Program-made: the position numbers and the translations under genes
The notes under the pieces: model-generated
Seen by the model: only the letters and a program-made list of their open reading frames with translations
What the model was told of the DNA's origin: nothing
Database searches by the model: none
Source of the DNA: Hormiphora californensis
Lineage: Eukaryota; Animalia; Ctenophora
DNA: 64,000 bases
NCBI GenBank assembly: GCA_020137815.1
Contig: CM035352.1
Span: 7,440,001 to 7,504,000 of the forward strand
Reading direction: 5' to 3'
Shown: positions 47,455-62,231 of the stretch, in pieces
Layout: every line of letters begins with the position of its first letter
How positions within the stretch are numbered: position 1 is the first letter of the stretch

Positions 47455-50400
47455 ATGACGCAGCCTTCACCAGAACTCGTGAAATCGTTCAACGATGAGG
47501 TACGCTATATTACTATACTGTACTTTATTACTTTACATTTTACTGGGTACTGTTTGTGAGAAGAAGTTGTTTCTCTTTATTAATGTAGAGAAACCGGTTT
47601 GAAACAGCAGAGAATAATTCGTAATAGCATATTTGTGGGTGATTTGGGCTGGGATCATCCTTCTTTGTTACTGCAGTAATATGCTCTGTGGAGCTACCCA
47701 TGGGTAGCTCCACACCCGCTCCACAAAACATATTCACCTGATAGGTCCCTGATCCTTATGTGGGAGGTTTAATACGATGTCCGACCAAGTATTTTAACGG
47801 GTTGTGAAAGGGAGGGGTCAAATATGATGTGAAAAAGACAATCAATAGACAGCAGCTATTCTTTAGTATCATGGCTGAAGAGCATTCTTCAACTGTACCC
47901 AAGTAGCTGAAATCAGATCATGCCACAACTCAATTCTACTCGGAAGACCCTATGTTTTGTTGTCCCATACCTCTCCTCCTTAATCCTCCGGAACATTATC
48001 TCTCTCTTTCTCTCTTACCTTCTCTATCTCTCCCCCTCACTCTATCTACCCCTCTCTCAGGCCTCAGCTCACTCTCTCTGTCTCTCTCTTTTCAGAACCG
48101 GATTTTCACCATTTTTAGCAATCGATTTCCTTTCCGACGTAATTTCATCTTTATTGTATCACCACCAGATCCCCACCAAAATTGTGTAAACCCCATAATT
48201 ATTGAACGAGGGCCTAAATCAAACATCGCTTCATAAGTTTCGTGCTCCTTGGTCTGTAGAACAAGTGTGCCAAAAGAGAAGGTCTAGATCCTAGCCGTTT
48301 TTTCAAAAAGTGGTTAACCATGTGAAAAAGGGGGTTTAGAGGAGATCTCGAGAGCCATAATGGCGATTTTTCCAGATTTTCTTAACCCCAAATAATTCAA
48401 AGACCTTGGACTTATGGTGTAAAACTTTGCAGAGTGATCCCTCTTGATAAGACAAAGTGTTTGAGTCAAACAGTTTGACACTCAATTGGCCCAATTGAAT
48501 TGGGTCTTCCTAACCCCCTACCAGTCCTAGAATAATAAGTGACCTTAACTTTCTCTTGATGAACCGTTTACACAAAAGTCAATTATGTTATCGTTATGAT
48601 TTAGTGCGCCAAGTGCTATCACATGATGGTAACCCCAAAATAGGGGTCAAAATTTAGCGACATCCCAACCCCCACTCTGCCATTAACAGGGTTTTGCTCA
48701 AGATTTCAAACAAAATCAAAGAGGGGTCAGCGAGGGGTTTACAGGTTTATCTGCACGCAAGGGAGGGAGTTGTGTTCTATAGACCCCGCTGGCGGACACC
48801 TAGAAGCAAAACAAGCACAATTTACGTGGTTGACACAGAGAGAGCTCACACAAAACGGGTCAAACAGTTAGAAATGAAGCTACAGAGTGCCTCTCTACAT
48901 TCCTACACACTCGTAACAATCGTCGTAACAGTTTCAAAGGGTGGAATGCAGAGAGAGATTACAGTTAATTGTGGGTCATGAGCAACAGTTGCAACAGACT
49001 GGCGGGCGCCAAATCTAGACAGAGAGCGTTGTAGGTTGTACACACACTCCCTCTTGTGTTGTCATGTCATTTTATCGTGTTTCCAGTGATTCTTTGTGAT
49101 CTTTACACAAATCTGTCAGAGGGCGTGCGTCTATCGAGACACAAACTCACGGCAGTGCACGGCCCAATAGACCAGTGCAAATTGTTTGAGCGCGCCGTGC
49201 GTCTATTTGAGCCGGCGGGGTCTATATATTTGTAACTTGACATTAGAGTGCGAGAGGGAAGACACCGGTCTGGAGAGAACAATTCACTGGAACCCATATA
49301 TATTCCCATTACATACATCCCGGTCCCTTTCTGTTCCTTCGACTATCCCCCCCCCCCCCCCCCCCCCCCCCTCCTTTCCGTCCCCTGCAATCCCAAAGTT
49401 TCGCTCCCTCCATCCACCTCTCCGCGCACTAGCAGATATTGACCAGAGTGCTGGTGAAAGTTGTAGTTGTTAGCAGCAGTTTGGTGCGCGCTCTCATATT
49501 AGTCTGCAGGCTCAGCTCCTGCCTTCTAATTTCTACACACTGACATTGTTTATTGCTTATCAATAATTAGATAAGATCCTAAAATGACTGTCCAAATAAT
49601 ACACTGGTATATTCGAGAATCAGCAAACCGGCAATAGTTAGAGAACGATTAATTGAACATTGTGTGGCTCACACCGTCATTTTGTTTCAGCACTCTTTGG
49701 GGGTTCGGTAGATCAAATGGAACATTGTAACCCTTCTCTAACCACTTCTCTTTCCTCAGTTGGCGAGTATGCTCACTCAGAAGCCGCCAGTGTCAAGTAG
49801 CAAGATGAAGGATATAACAAGGGGCGCAATGAAGGGAGTTAGGTTCTATAAACACATTGTCATGTCTGTCGAGAAACTCATACAAAAGGTAGGATTTAAA
49901 TCGAATTCTGGTATATTCTGAATTGAACTTAATTGAACTGCTTATAAATGCTAGTTTTCTTTACTTTTACGATCTCCCTCCACACCACTAAGTTGTTACA
50001 TTTCAAGGTGTCTGTATCTTGAGAGTCATGAACCATGTCCCCTAATGTACGCTCCCCTCACTCGCAGTGTAAGCCGGAGTTTAAGCTATCTGGTGTATAC
50101 GTCATAGACGCCATAGTACGGCAATCAAAGCACCAGAACAAGGAGCGAGACAACTACGCACCTCGCTTTGAGATAAACCTCCATACAACTGCTCAAAACT
50201 TGTTCAAGTGTAGTAGGGGAGACCAGGTTAAGATATGCAGAACGTTCAAATTGTGGGAGTTGAACAGCGTCTTCTCCTATCACACTATTCAGAAGTGTCT
50301 TGTTCACGCCTCTCCTGATATCAGGAAAGGTAAGAAGGGGTCTGTACTGGGCTGGGGAGGGGGCATGCTAATTGTTAGAAAAGGTAAGGAGGGACTGCTT

Positions 50401-53400
50401 TTTAAACGTTCTAGTAAAACTCATTAATGGCAGTTTCGACAAAGTTGCTTGGACTATTATAATTAACGGCCGGTGTTCATTACAATATTTCCACAGAGGG
50501 TGTGGGGTTAGCGGAGGATTCCATTGCTAAGATGAGGCAGTTATCGGGGGATGATGATCTCGCAAAACAACAGAAACAACTGGAGGAACAGAAACGAAGG
50601 CTAGCCAAACAGGAAGAAGAGGTATGTGTGACAGATTCTCTGGGGGTGTTACGTTCTACTTTTTATAATTCTGTGTGTGGCAGATTCTCTACTCTCTAGG
50701 GGTGTACTACTTTTTGTAACCTGTTTGGTAACACATCCCGCAGATCTCTAATTATCCAACTAATTAATTAACTAATCATCCAACTATTCCCCTACCAGAT
50801 AAACCGGCAAAAAGAAGAACTGAACAAACTAAACAATTCAACAATACCTGCTAATATCGGCAACATATTGTTTGTAAGTGATGAACTTTATTTATAATTT
50901 AATGAATTGTCATCATCGTCAACAGTTTTTTGAATTTCTATCCGATAATCCGCCATGTTCCCACAGGGGGTGTCTGCACAGAATGAGAAATCAGACTCAC
51001 CTGCACCTGAAAATAAAGCCGAAGTAAGTAGACCATCAACCCCCTCTCTCTCTCTCCTCTCCACTATCCCCCCCCCCCCTCCCTGAAATAAGTGCTCCCG
51101 GCTCCCGCCTCTCTCAATATTCTTGGATCAATACTGGTTATGATCACTCGCTCTCTCCACACCCCTTCCTAGTTCTCCCCATCTCCAGATTTTGATGGAT
51201 AATTTTGACTATGGCGATGACGATGAGGACGCTGTAAACAGACAGTTGAAGAAAGTGAAGGCCCCAGCAAACCCGCCCTCAGCTGAGAAGTATAACCCTA
51301 ACAAAAGTGCGGAGAGCAGGGAACTGGATAAACTTTATACACCCTCACCCATCGAGAAACCACCCAAAAAGTAGGTCGCATGGTCGGGGTCGGTTGTGGG
51401 CAACTACCTAACCACTTCTATCATCTTCGCCGTGTTTCTCACATCTTCAGATTCAACACTGTTCCTCCACTTTCAGATTTTTCACATAGATATCCTCTTC
51501 CCCTCTGTTACCTCTAACAATATCATATTTTTCAGATCGAAGCACCGCTCCCCGGAATCCAGGGAGCACAGGAGGAAAAGTTCCACAAGGGACGAATCGA
51601 GGGAAAGCAAGAAACACAAGAAGAGCAAGAGGGAGAGTAAGAGGTCCCGGAGTGCTAGTCCAATACACCATCGGAAGACTAGTGGAGGGGACCGGGGTAG
51701 TAGTGGGGGTGACAGGGGGAGTAGTGCTGTTCTAAACACAGAGAAACTAACGAAACCCAACTGCGTAACAGGTCAGTTGTCATCATGGCACCCCCGTCAC
51801 CATGACAATCCCCCTGTTGTACTTTTGAGTCCGTTCGTTTATTTAAAAACATCAGATCCCAGACTTCACTCTCACCACACCTATTCCAATAACATCCTAT
51901 TTTGCAGTAATGAGTACTACAATATGGATTGGTAACATCAGGAAGACAGTCCCTGAGAGCGAGATATCTGGGTTACTAAAGAAGACAGTAGATGCTGATT
52001 CTATAAAGGAAATCAATATGGTACCTCCCCGGGGATGTTGTTATGTCAACCTGAAGGACAGGAGGACAGCTGACAAAGCTATTAATGAACTGAAGGACCT
52101 GAAACTGCACGGCACTGCGTGCAAGGTATAACCCCCACCCCCCGATTTAACCACTCCCCTAAACCACACCCCTCCCCTAGGGACTTCGCTTTTTCATACG
52201 TTCAAGCTGGCCCTTTCCCTTTAATATGTAGCTACTAACACTACTACACTGTCTTCAGACTGACCCTTTCAGACGTGCAGACTGACTCCTAACAACTCCC
52301 TTTTCTCTTCCCTCCCCAGATCGCGTGGGCTCCTGGTAAGGGCTGCAAATCCCTCAAACACTTCTGGAACGTAGATCTAGGTTGCACCTTTATTCCCTTC
52401 AAGGACTACCACAAACTCCAAGACTACCACACCACCAACCCCTCATTAGCCCCTGATTTGGGTGACGGGGGGACCATCCTGGATAGTTCTCTACCGGGGA
52501 ATAGAGGTAATTATATATTGGGCACAGTGCCAAATGGGCACTTGTGTCACAAGAGAGATGTATTTGGGGGTGTGGTTCGGGGGTTGGGTTAGGATCTTTT
52601 AGATTTGAGCGAGAAAATGTATATGTCATGAACTGTGAGATCATGTTTTTTAAATGTAGCAAGGAAGCTTTAAATTAAATGTAGCAATTAGATCTTTAAA
52701 ATGATGAAATTATGTTTGATGTTAGAGCGTTTTACTTTATATCATGTCTTTAAGCAATATAAATGATTGGGCAATGTACAAATAATTCCGGGTATGCAAA
52801 ATATGCAGTCCGCTCAGTGTCACAATTGTTCAATGTTCTGAACAAGTCAAATTCACCGTATCACACTGTTGTTCTTTCTGTACCATGCTTTGGTCCATTA
52901 TTCCCAATCATTGAATTGACCACAATTTGGTCAGAAACCAAATGGCAGTTTATAATTTGGTTACCATGCCAGTTGTAACTCGAGATCCAAAGTTCTATGA
53001 AATCAACAGTTTTGGGCTATTGCTCACCCATATAATAATATTATTAGCTGGCTCGCTTAACATTTTCGCTTTCACTAATCAATCATAACCATACTCATAG
53101 CTTATGCCATGGCATCGTTATTGTACCCGTTGATTGGACCATACACTGACTGAAAAATAAGAAGATATTACAAAATATTGTACCATTTGTTATTAGTGCG
53201 ATAATCGTAACGCGAGAGACGAGAGAGAGACGAGCGAGAGACGAGCGAGATGTATTTAATGAGCGACATATTATGGGTCTGTTTTTGGTCTAATATTGGA
53301 TATACATTGTCCCCCTGGGCCCTGATATTAGCCTGACGTATTGTCATGTATGATTGATAACGAGATATGATAAGGGGCGATTCAAAAAGGAGGTCCAGGG

Positions 53401-56400
53401 GTAGGGGAAGGGGAGGTAGCCGATTTCGGACATCTCTGGACAAAGGGGAAGGGGGTTGACGCAATTCGGACTGTCCCAGGTTTTGAAGAAAAATTTTACT
53501 GATTTTACTAGACGAAATCTCGGACAGGGGGGAGGTAGGGGGTCTGGCAGATTCGGACAGGCCTGGACAGGGGAGGGAGGGGGGGGGTAAAAAATGACCA
53601 AAAATCACGGACGTCCTTTTTGAATCGCCCCTAACGAGATATGTAATGGGTGTGTGTTAGGTTATATTAATGACCCCCTATGATTCTGTTCGATAACCCA
53701 CTCCACACCAGGCGGTGCTGACTACTACGATCCCGTGATGTCCGATAGTGGAGGGGACCTGTTTGACTCTCCCATTCCAATCCTGCCCATCCCAAGTGTG
53801 GTACCGAGTATGCCTCAGTTACCCAACAGGGCGCCACCTCCACGGCCCACACCCCCTCTGGAGCCCCCTCCACCCACACCAGCTGCCCCTATGGTGGGAT
53901 CAGGGGCCCTTCAAGGTGTGTATCGGTCCCCCTTCATGCCCCCACCGACAGATTTCAACTCCTTCCTGGTAAACGCCATGAAGCCCGGTGCCATGCCCCC
54001 TCCTGACAACAACAACTCAGTTATTGGGAACAGTATTACCTCGCTGGGAGGGAGCGGTATCGGTTCCCTTGGTAACAGCATTGGTTCCCTTGGTAACAGC
54101 ATTGGTTCCCTTGGTAACAGCATTGGGAGCATTGGTAACAGCATATGGGAGCATGAACACTTCGAATGCCAACAAGTTTCGGATCTCTTGGTGTCGGTAA
54201 CATTATGAACACTAGCATGAGTGGTAACATGAACATGAGTGGTAATATGAACACTAATATTAACATGAGTGCAGCAGTTGGTAATATGGGGTCCCTAGCA
54301 ATACCAGTTCTAGGGGAACAAAACAAGGCAGCACCCCTCATTCCCCCCACTTCTGATAGGATGCACGCTGGAGGTCTCCCTCCCTTCAACCCTCAATTTA
54401 ATCCCATGTTCAGCCCTCAGCAACACCAGTCTCCCCGGCCCTTGTTCAGCCCACAGCAACAACAATCTCCCCGCCCCCTGTTCCTGAGCCAGGGTGGAGT
54501 CCAGCGACCTAGGCCTCCCGGACCTGATCACACTAATAGAGGGGGACCTCCCAACCTGCTCTCTCCACGACCCCCTGTTCCCAGTGCTCCTAACATGATA
54601 TTACCTGGACCTAACTCTTCCATCCCCTCATCTCTCCTTCCTTCTAACTCCCCTCTCATGCCGGCTAACATCCCTCTACCCACCCAACCTCCACCAACCT
54701 CCCTGGCTCCCCCCGGGTTCCAGCCACCATCCTCTCTTGCTCCCCCAGGGTTCCAGCCCCCCTCTTCTCTTGCTCCACCCGGGTTCCAGCCGCTCGCATC
54801 CCTTGATATTCCTGGAAAACCAATCCCTAGTTTCCTGGAAAAAGAGAGTGAAAAGAAATCATTCAGTCCAGCACCTGGAGATGGAGGACCACCTGGATTT
54901 GATGAGCCCCCTAAACAGCAGTTTGGGCAGTTTACTGTTCATCCCTCCCGTAACAACAACAATAATATGGGAGGTGGAGGAGGACCGAGACAGTCATTTG
55001 GTGGGGGTTACAGAGGCCGTGGTGGTAGGGGCGGGTACCGGCCGAGAAACCAGTTTCTCTGGATCTTCTCGTCCTCCCTTTTCCTATGAACTTTAGACCA
55101 TCATTCCGGCCACGTTTTAATAACAACTCTTGAATTAATTGATTCGAGATGATTGGTCCTGCCTGAGAGAAGACAGTGATATGCTTTTGGTTTTTGAAAT
55201 GAGTTTGAACTGTGCAACTTTGAAACTGTGTGCGTGTGTGTTACTATTATTGGATAAATCGAGAAAACTGAGACGAAGAGAGAGATATTGAAGAGAGAGA
55301 AATTGAAGAGAGAGAATTGAAAGGACCTACAAATATGTTATACTACTCTGATTATCGTTAAAATCATTTAAATTGGCCTCTTTTAATTATGTCGGGGGAT
55401 GACGGATGGGGGAGAAGAACACCCTTTCTACACCCATTTCTAACACCCCCTCATTATTACAGGCGAGGGAGCTGGTGAGGTTTTAGAGCAGTTATTCCAC
55501 TCCATCAAGGAGGGTGGAGGAGCCCGAGCTACCAACGGTGGGGTCCACACCGCTGAGGAAGATCGGGTCAGCGCTAAACTAGATAAACTTCACAACATAT
55601 CCCTCCTCGGGAAACCGACCTCAGATCAACCCGGTGGGAAAACAACAACCCCTGGTTCAGATAGTATCGTCCACCTTCTAAACTCTCCCGGATATGACCA
55701 CCCTGAACCCTCGAGGGATGAGGAGGTTGGGTACTTTGGGGACAGGGTAATGAGTCCCCCGGAGAGTCTCAATGTACCTGCCCCTCAACTAGAACCAGAG
55801 ACCCCGATCAAGGAGGAGGTCCTGCCCTACAGCCGCCCAGTTGATCCTGCAACTCCATCCCCGCTGAAGAAAGCAATCAACTTGCAGACATATCTGAAGA
55901 GGAAGAAGGACGATGAGACCCCGGAGGAAACTCCGCCATCCTCCTCAGATCACATGATGACGTCACCGCCTCGTACTGTGACGTCATTACCTGCGGTGAC
56001 ATCATCACCTGATATCGCCATGTCACCCGTCAAGAGATCCATCACTCCTCCTCCTGTTAAGAGATCCATCACTCCTCCTCCTGCTGCCCCTGTCCAGGAG
56101 GCCGTCGGGGATGATTTGCTGGAGTGGGCCTCACAGGAGGGAGAAGTGGTTAAGGATGAGACTACTACACCACCTGCTGTTGTTAGTGATTCTTTGGATG
56201 ATAAACTGGCTGAGGTGGAGATGGAGAGGGATCCAGATCTTCTCCCTTCGTTCTTCCTTCAGAGAGAGGAAGAAGAAGAGGAAGATGGGGAGATCTCCCA
56301 GGAGGATGTGTTAGCTGGTATCAAATCTCCCTCTGTGTCACCTGAGAAAACCCCACCACGACCCAAGATGGACAGCACACCTCCACCACAACAGAGCACC

Positions 56401-56673
56401 GTGGCTGAGGCGGATAGGAGAAGTAGGTCCAAGAGTGAGTCGAAGAAAGATAAGAAGAAGAAGAAAAAGAAGAAGAAGAACAAGAAGAAGAGTGAGAAAG
56501 ATAGTGATATTGATGAAGATATCAGGAAGTTGGAACTTCTCAAGGCTGAGCTGGAGAGAGAGGAGAGGAAGGAGAGGGAGAAGGAAGCTAGGAAGTTGGA
56601 AAAGAGAAGGAAACGGAGCCCCAGTCCGAAGTTCAAGGACAAACATAAAAAAGAAAAACGGGCAAAGAGATAG
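47455..56673 (+). CDS. SCAF4/SCAF8-like Pol II CTD-binding protein (CID + RRM)
   Basis: CID: VKSFNDE|L..KPPVSSSKM..FYKHIVMSVEKLIQK|CKPEFKLSGVYVIDAIVRQSKHQ. RRM: STTIWIG..INMVPPRGCCYV..IAWAPGKG..FWNVDLGCTFIP. Pro-rich exon from 53712 (probable indel errors near 54150 and 55060) and a further exon at 55463-56673. Confidence 0.88.
53374..53631. mobile_element. PIF/Harbinger-like MITE
   Basis: TIR GGGGCGATTCAAAAAGGA, TAA target duplication. Confidence 0.82.
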
Positions 56674-57714
56674 ACTGTTAATGGACAATTATATAAGGGG
56701 GCAGAATGAATTATATAGTATGTCTTTGAGAGAAGAGGGAGAGGGAGGGAGGGAGAAGAGTGAGGTAATAAGGTAGGGAGAGAGAAACCACACTATGAAA
56801 TGTGACAATGTTTTTATTGTTTTGAAGCAAGTGTTGCTAGATACACTCATTATATTTTACACCAACTGCAGATCAACTTGTTTTTAATCGCCCACCTTCA
56901 TGGGCGCCCCTACTGTCGTAAGGTGAAATCTGCCTGACTTGATCCTGTGTAGCGGCGCCAGAACTTGTTTCGATTCTAAAATCTGAGCGTGTCCTCACAT
57001 CGGTTCAGCGGCGCCAGACAGACCCGATCTGGGTGCACTGCCAAAACCTGTATGGTGCCTCTAGACAGATAATGGTTGGCCGCTGTGGTATCAGTATCTT
57101 AGAATCAAGCAGGGGCGCCCTAAAGAGTTTTTCCCTGGATGTCCCCGGTATTGACAAGTCCTTTCAGATTCAGTTTGATAAAGAAAGGAAAAGGTAATTG
57201 CGTACCTGGACGAACCATGTATGGGTGATGATGGAGGGCAGTGTGGAATCTGTTTGATAGTTGGAGAAGACCAAGTGGACCTGTCTGATATTTCAGGTAG
57301 TTAGCATACGACCCCCCCCCCCCCCCCAATTAGTATCCCCGGCCCCTTCACTCTCAGACTTGTAGCCTACTGTTTATTCATATTAAGCTGAGTGAATATA
57401 ACACTGTCAGCTCACCATTCACCAAGCTGCCCAGATTCCATTGCATCCTCCATATATCCAGATCCTTTTCTGACTCCCCCCTCTGTGTGCTAAAGACCAA
57501 TCTCACCCGTCTATCTCTGGCGTTTTCTATCTCTATATGCCGGATGTGTTGACCACACGTGCAAAGAGAAGGAGAGAGATAGAGAGATAGAGAGAGAGAT
57601 GGGGGAGAGAACACATGCAGTGAGAGCCGTGTTAGCGTGTTGAACAATGAGAAAAAAAACAGAGCTCTACGCTCTAGCCTCTAGAACATACACATGCTAA
57701 CTTGCTCTACCCAG

Positions 57715-57892
57715 ACTCTCTACCTAAATCCCTTCCTTTCTACCCAGATCCCTTCCTTTCTACCCAGATCCCTTCCTTTCTACCTAAATCCCTTCCTTTC
57801 TACCCAGATCCCTTCCTTTCTACCCAGATCCCATCCTTTCTACCTAGATCCCTTCCTTTCTACCCAGATCCCATCCTTTCTACCTAGATCAT
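57715..57892 (+). repeat. 20-bp minisatellite (TACCCAGATCCCTTCCTTTC)n
   Basis: About 8-9 direct units. Confidence 0.92.
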
Positions 57893-57986
57893 TTTCTGAC
57901 TCTTTGATCCCAGTATCATACTGTCTGGCGGCGCCAGACCCCAACTTGATTCTCAAGTCTGGGCCGGCTGAATTTTGCCCTCTGTA

Positions 57987-58473
57987 CTCTCCAAAATTAA
58001 GAACAAGCTTTTAAGCAACCCAAAATTAAAATATAGGAAAATTAAGGGTCCTCTTATTACTAACTCTAAAATTAAGCAAAATTAAGCAATCCTGGAGGGT
58101 GCAGATCACGAATTAAGAAACCTGTTATTAAGCAAACTTTTATTAGGGAAATCCTACAGAGAGAGTGTTTGGGAAGAGTCACGTGATGTACATCACGTGA
58201 CTCTTTCCAGCCAATAGCGCGCGAGTGTAAGATGTAGAAGGGGGAGTCATGGTTGTGTTGCAAAGCATCGAGATGAAAAGCAATCTCGGGCATGACTAAA
58301 AATTGAGAATTGAGAAAAATTAAAATGCATGAAACACCATTTTCTGACTACAGTATGTCTGTCTATCTGTCAGTCTATCGGTCTATCTGTCTTGCTCAGA
58401 GGGGGAGTCTTCTTTGTGTTGAAAGACAGAGGTAAATCTTAGAAAGAGAGAGAGGGAGAGAACGGGAGATAGA

Positions 58474-58550
<77 letters not shown>

Positions 58551-58929
58551 CGAAATGGATGACACCCCAGATCCAGTGGAACTAGGAAGATGGATAGCGA
58601 GACAGATAGAGATGAAGGAGGGACGGATAGATAGACAGACAGGGGTGAATGTGGAACATCCACATTCATTTCAAGACATCTCCTTCATTCCTCATCCCTC
58701 TTCCCTCTATCTATCGCTTATACGTCTATCTCTCTTTGTCCCCCTTGTACATTCCGATATTTATAGACCGAAATGAAGTGAGACTAGCTATAAAGTTTAC
58801 AAGAGAAAGAGAAAGAGGAGAGATATAGCACTCTAAAATGAGGCTCCGAATTGACCTCGAAATCGAAATGACCACAATGACCCCGAATTAACTCCAAATT
58901 GACCCGGACGGTCCTATTTATTGATCGAT

Positions 58930-59009
<80 letters not shown>

Positions 59010-59126
59010 GGTCCACTACACGCACCACTCCCACATGGGGCCGTAAGGTCCCATGTAGGAACAGGGTTAAATCCCCCGAGCCCGGATCCTGTTGGATCTC
59101 TATCTCTTCTCTCTCATCTCTCTCTA

Positions 59127-59179
<53 letters not shown>

Positions 59180-60471
59180 CCTCACTCACCCTCCCTCTCT
59201 CGGCCCTTAAACCCGAACCGGCCCTAGCTGTCAATAGGGAGGGGTACTCGAGTTCTCCCTAGCAGTGATAGTGAGAACTGAGTACCTAACCCCTGAGATA
59301 GGCTATCACACAAGAATGTGATAACGAAACAAGCATCGATTGATGATGATGTACTATACCTTTCATTCTTTCTGTCTTATCGCATAATTCGTTCATGATA
59401 CACACTTTCAAACTTTCTCAGTCTACACTATACTATCACAGTTATTCTTTCTAATATCACGTGATCTTACTACAGTTTACTTCTATCGGACTGAGTACAA
59501 GGAAAGAAAGAGATATTATAAAAGAATAAGGATAAGGAATAAGAAGTTAAACAGACAGGACGACCGATTAAGATGACTGATGAGTAAGACAAGAGACAGA
59601 TGAAGAGGACATGAGAGAACGATAGACCAGCTGTAGACAGAAAGTGGTGTCATGACCATGGTTTCGTCTACTATCTGCTCTCTCTCTCTCTCTCTTCTCT
59701 TCCCTCTGCTCAGCCTCCCTCTCTTCTCATCTACTCTCGGTCTCTTCTCTCTCTTCTCTCTCCTCCTCTCTCTCCTCCCCCTCACTCACCCTCACCTCTC
59801 TCGTTGCCATAATAAACCCGAACCGGCCCTTTTATGCTTGTCAATCGGGAAGGGGTACTCGAGTTCTCCCCTAGCAGTGATAGTGGAGAACTGAGTACCT
59901 AACCCCTGAGATAGGCTATCACACAAGAATGTGATAACGAAACAAGCATCGATTGATGATGATGTACTATACCTTTCATTCTTTCTGTCTTATCGCATAA
60001 TGCGTTCATGATACACACTTTCAAACTTTCTGCAGTCTACACTATACTATCACAGTATTCTTTCTAATATCACGTGATCTTACTACAGTTTACTTCATAT
60101 CGGACTGTAGTACAAGGAAGAAAGAGATAAGAGATATTGATAAAAGAATAAGGCTATAGGAATTAAGAGTTAAACAGACAGGACGACCGATTATTAGATG
60201 ACTGATGAGTAAGACAAGAGACAGATGAAGGAAAGGACTGAGAGACAGATAGACAGTGTAGACAGAAAGTGGTGCGAATACATGGGGAAGCTCGACGAAT
60301 GAGCATAGATCAGAGAAAGAGAGAGAGAAAGAGACCAGAGAGAGAGAGATGGCTAGAGAGAGAGGAGATGAGAGCGACGAGAGAGCTCGCGAGTAGACTA
60401 GCTGAGACGGACAAACGGCATAGCTCTCGCCACTCTCTCGACCTCGATATCCTACTCTCTCTCGCTCTCTA

Positions 60472-60514
<43 letters not shown>

Positions 60515-60982
60515 TTCTCTTTCTCTTTAGCTCTATCTATCTCCCTCCATCTCTTCTTCTTTCTTTTTCTTCTCCACTCATTCTAACCTTTGGAGAAAGG
60601 GAGAGAGATGGTTGGGGCGAGGGGATTCAATGTGACCGATGGATCAGGATATAATGGTGAGAATTGAGAAAGTCTCGTTATAAACCCCCCTTCCTGCCAG
60701 CGCTGAGACTCGCACGTGCCAGAACGCCGCGCATGGTAGCCTTATCTCTAGATTGCAACACAAACTCTCTCTCTCAGTCTTATCACGTGATGTATCACGT
60801 GATGTTGCTTAATAACAGGTTTCTTAAATTTGGCTGCTCTTATTTTCGAGTTGCTTAATTTACCGTAATTTTTGTTTGCTTAATTTCAGATTTTGAATTT
60901 TAGTGTTTTTGATTTAAGATTGCTTAATAGAAGATATTTTAATTATAGTTTGCTACATTATCTGGATCTTAATTTTGGAGAG
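57987..60982. mobile_element. ~3-kb non-autonomous TA-flanked DNA transposon
   Basis: TIR CTCTCCAAAATTAAGA at both ends, subterminal inverted match AAGAAACCTGTTATTAAGCAA (~58115 vs ~60810); no transposase ORF inside. Confidence 0.6.
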
Positions 60983-61212
60983 TATATGGGTCTTTATAAT
61001 CTCTAGTGTTTTCTATCTCTATTCTCTCTGCATTGAATCATTCGCAGTCTGTTCAAAACAATGCCATCAGGACACTAGTAAAGGAGAGAGCGAGGGAGAG
61101 AGCAAGCGAGAGAGCAAGTGAGAGAACAATGAAAAAACAGAGCTCTAGCCTCTAGCCCACCGCACACTCACTACTCAGTTGTTAGTTTGTATTCTACTGT
61201 GTGCTGAGCATT

Positions 61213-62231
61213 ATGCCCCGGCCTTGGATAATTCTCCTATCAGTATGGCTTATAATGGCCCAACCTGTATCTTCCAGTAAGTGAATAGCTTCCAAAAACT
61301 CTTGTCTGATAGTGATCACCTGTCAGAGCATTGGCCTGACCCTATTCTCATTTCGCGCGAGAACTGTGGTCAGAGCATTGGCCTGACGATCTTGATAAAT
61401 CGTGTTGTTAAAGTTGGGAATTTTCTAGTTTAAATTTTCTTGGCCTGAAGGATTCTCTCTCCTAACAGGTCTAGTACCAGTGGTAAAGGGAAGCTACATA
61501 GAATGGGATTTGGAGACATATCCCCTGACCATCCAGACTGACTCTACAATTGGCAGCGGAGAAAAGATACGAGTCAGCATGTATCCTAGTGACCCGACTG
61601 CCGGTCTTATTGGATACTTGGAAATTAAATTCTCCTCATCGGTTACCTATACAATACAATTCTGTGAAACTGACGGTACTTTTGAGTCTCTTCCTTCTGA
61701 TGATGAAAAGAAGTGGAAGATTTCTAAAACCGACACGACTCTCTCCATTTCTTGTAACGGTGTAGCGGTTCTGAATTACACGTTTAGCGAGAGTAGCAAG
61801 GCATCTTGTGCGTCTCAATGGGAGCAAGATATTGAGAACATCAAGTTCACCGACGCGGACACAGCCTCAGATAGCTATGGGCTAGAACTTAAAGGTACTA
61901 ATAGATTGTGTTCACGTCTTTATAGTTGGCTATAGCGCCTTTCCTACAGCCACAATATCCCCTAGTAGGGGCCATACAATCATACTTCCCAAAACACACC
62001 CCGAATTAACAACCCGAAACCATGCAGGTGCACCCCTAATTACACATTTTTCAGGTTGTGAGGGGTATATCGTGCTCAACTCTCTACAACAACAGGGCCC
62101 GTGGACCGCTACATCGGGGGACACAGTGAATGTAGTGTGTGAGATATACTACACAGTGTCAGCTGGTGATACAGAGAGAACGTGTCAAGATGGGACATGG
62201 TCTGGTGTTGCACCAACATGCACTGAGTTTA
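61213..62231 (+). CDS. Secreted protein: signal peptide + ~140-aa beta-rich extracellular domain + sushi/CCP domain (3' end unresolved)
   Basis: Exon 1 MPRPWIILLSVWLIMAQPVSS; exon 2 IEWDLETYPLTIQTDSTIGSGE...WKISKT...CNGV.VLNY..C...W; exon 3 C...GDTVNVVC...RTCQDGTWSGVAPTC; phase-1 introns. Confidence 0.75.

Noticed and set aside
47500-49758. Nested gene in SCAF-like intron 1
   Set aside because: Only short ORFs with no recognisable motifs or coherent exon chain; probably TE-derived.
54140-54170. Frameshift in the SCAF-like Pro-rich exon as programmed recoding
   Set aside because: No slippery site; lies next to a 21-bp repeat and other noisy bases, so more likely a sequencing error.
59180-60270. 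~600-bp tandem duplication with many small indels
   Set aside because: Error pattern and garbled (GA)n tracts look like unpolished long-read consensus; no coding signal.
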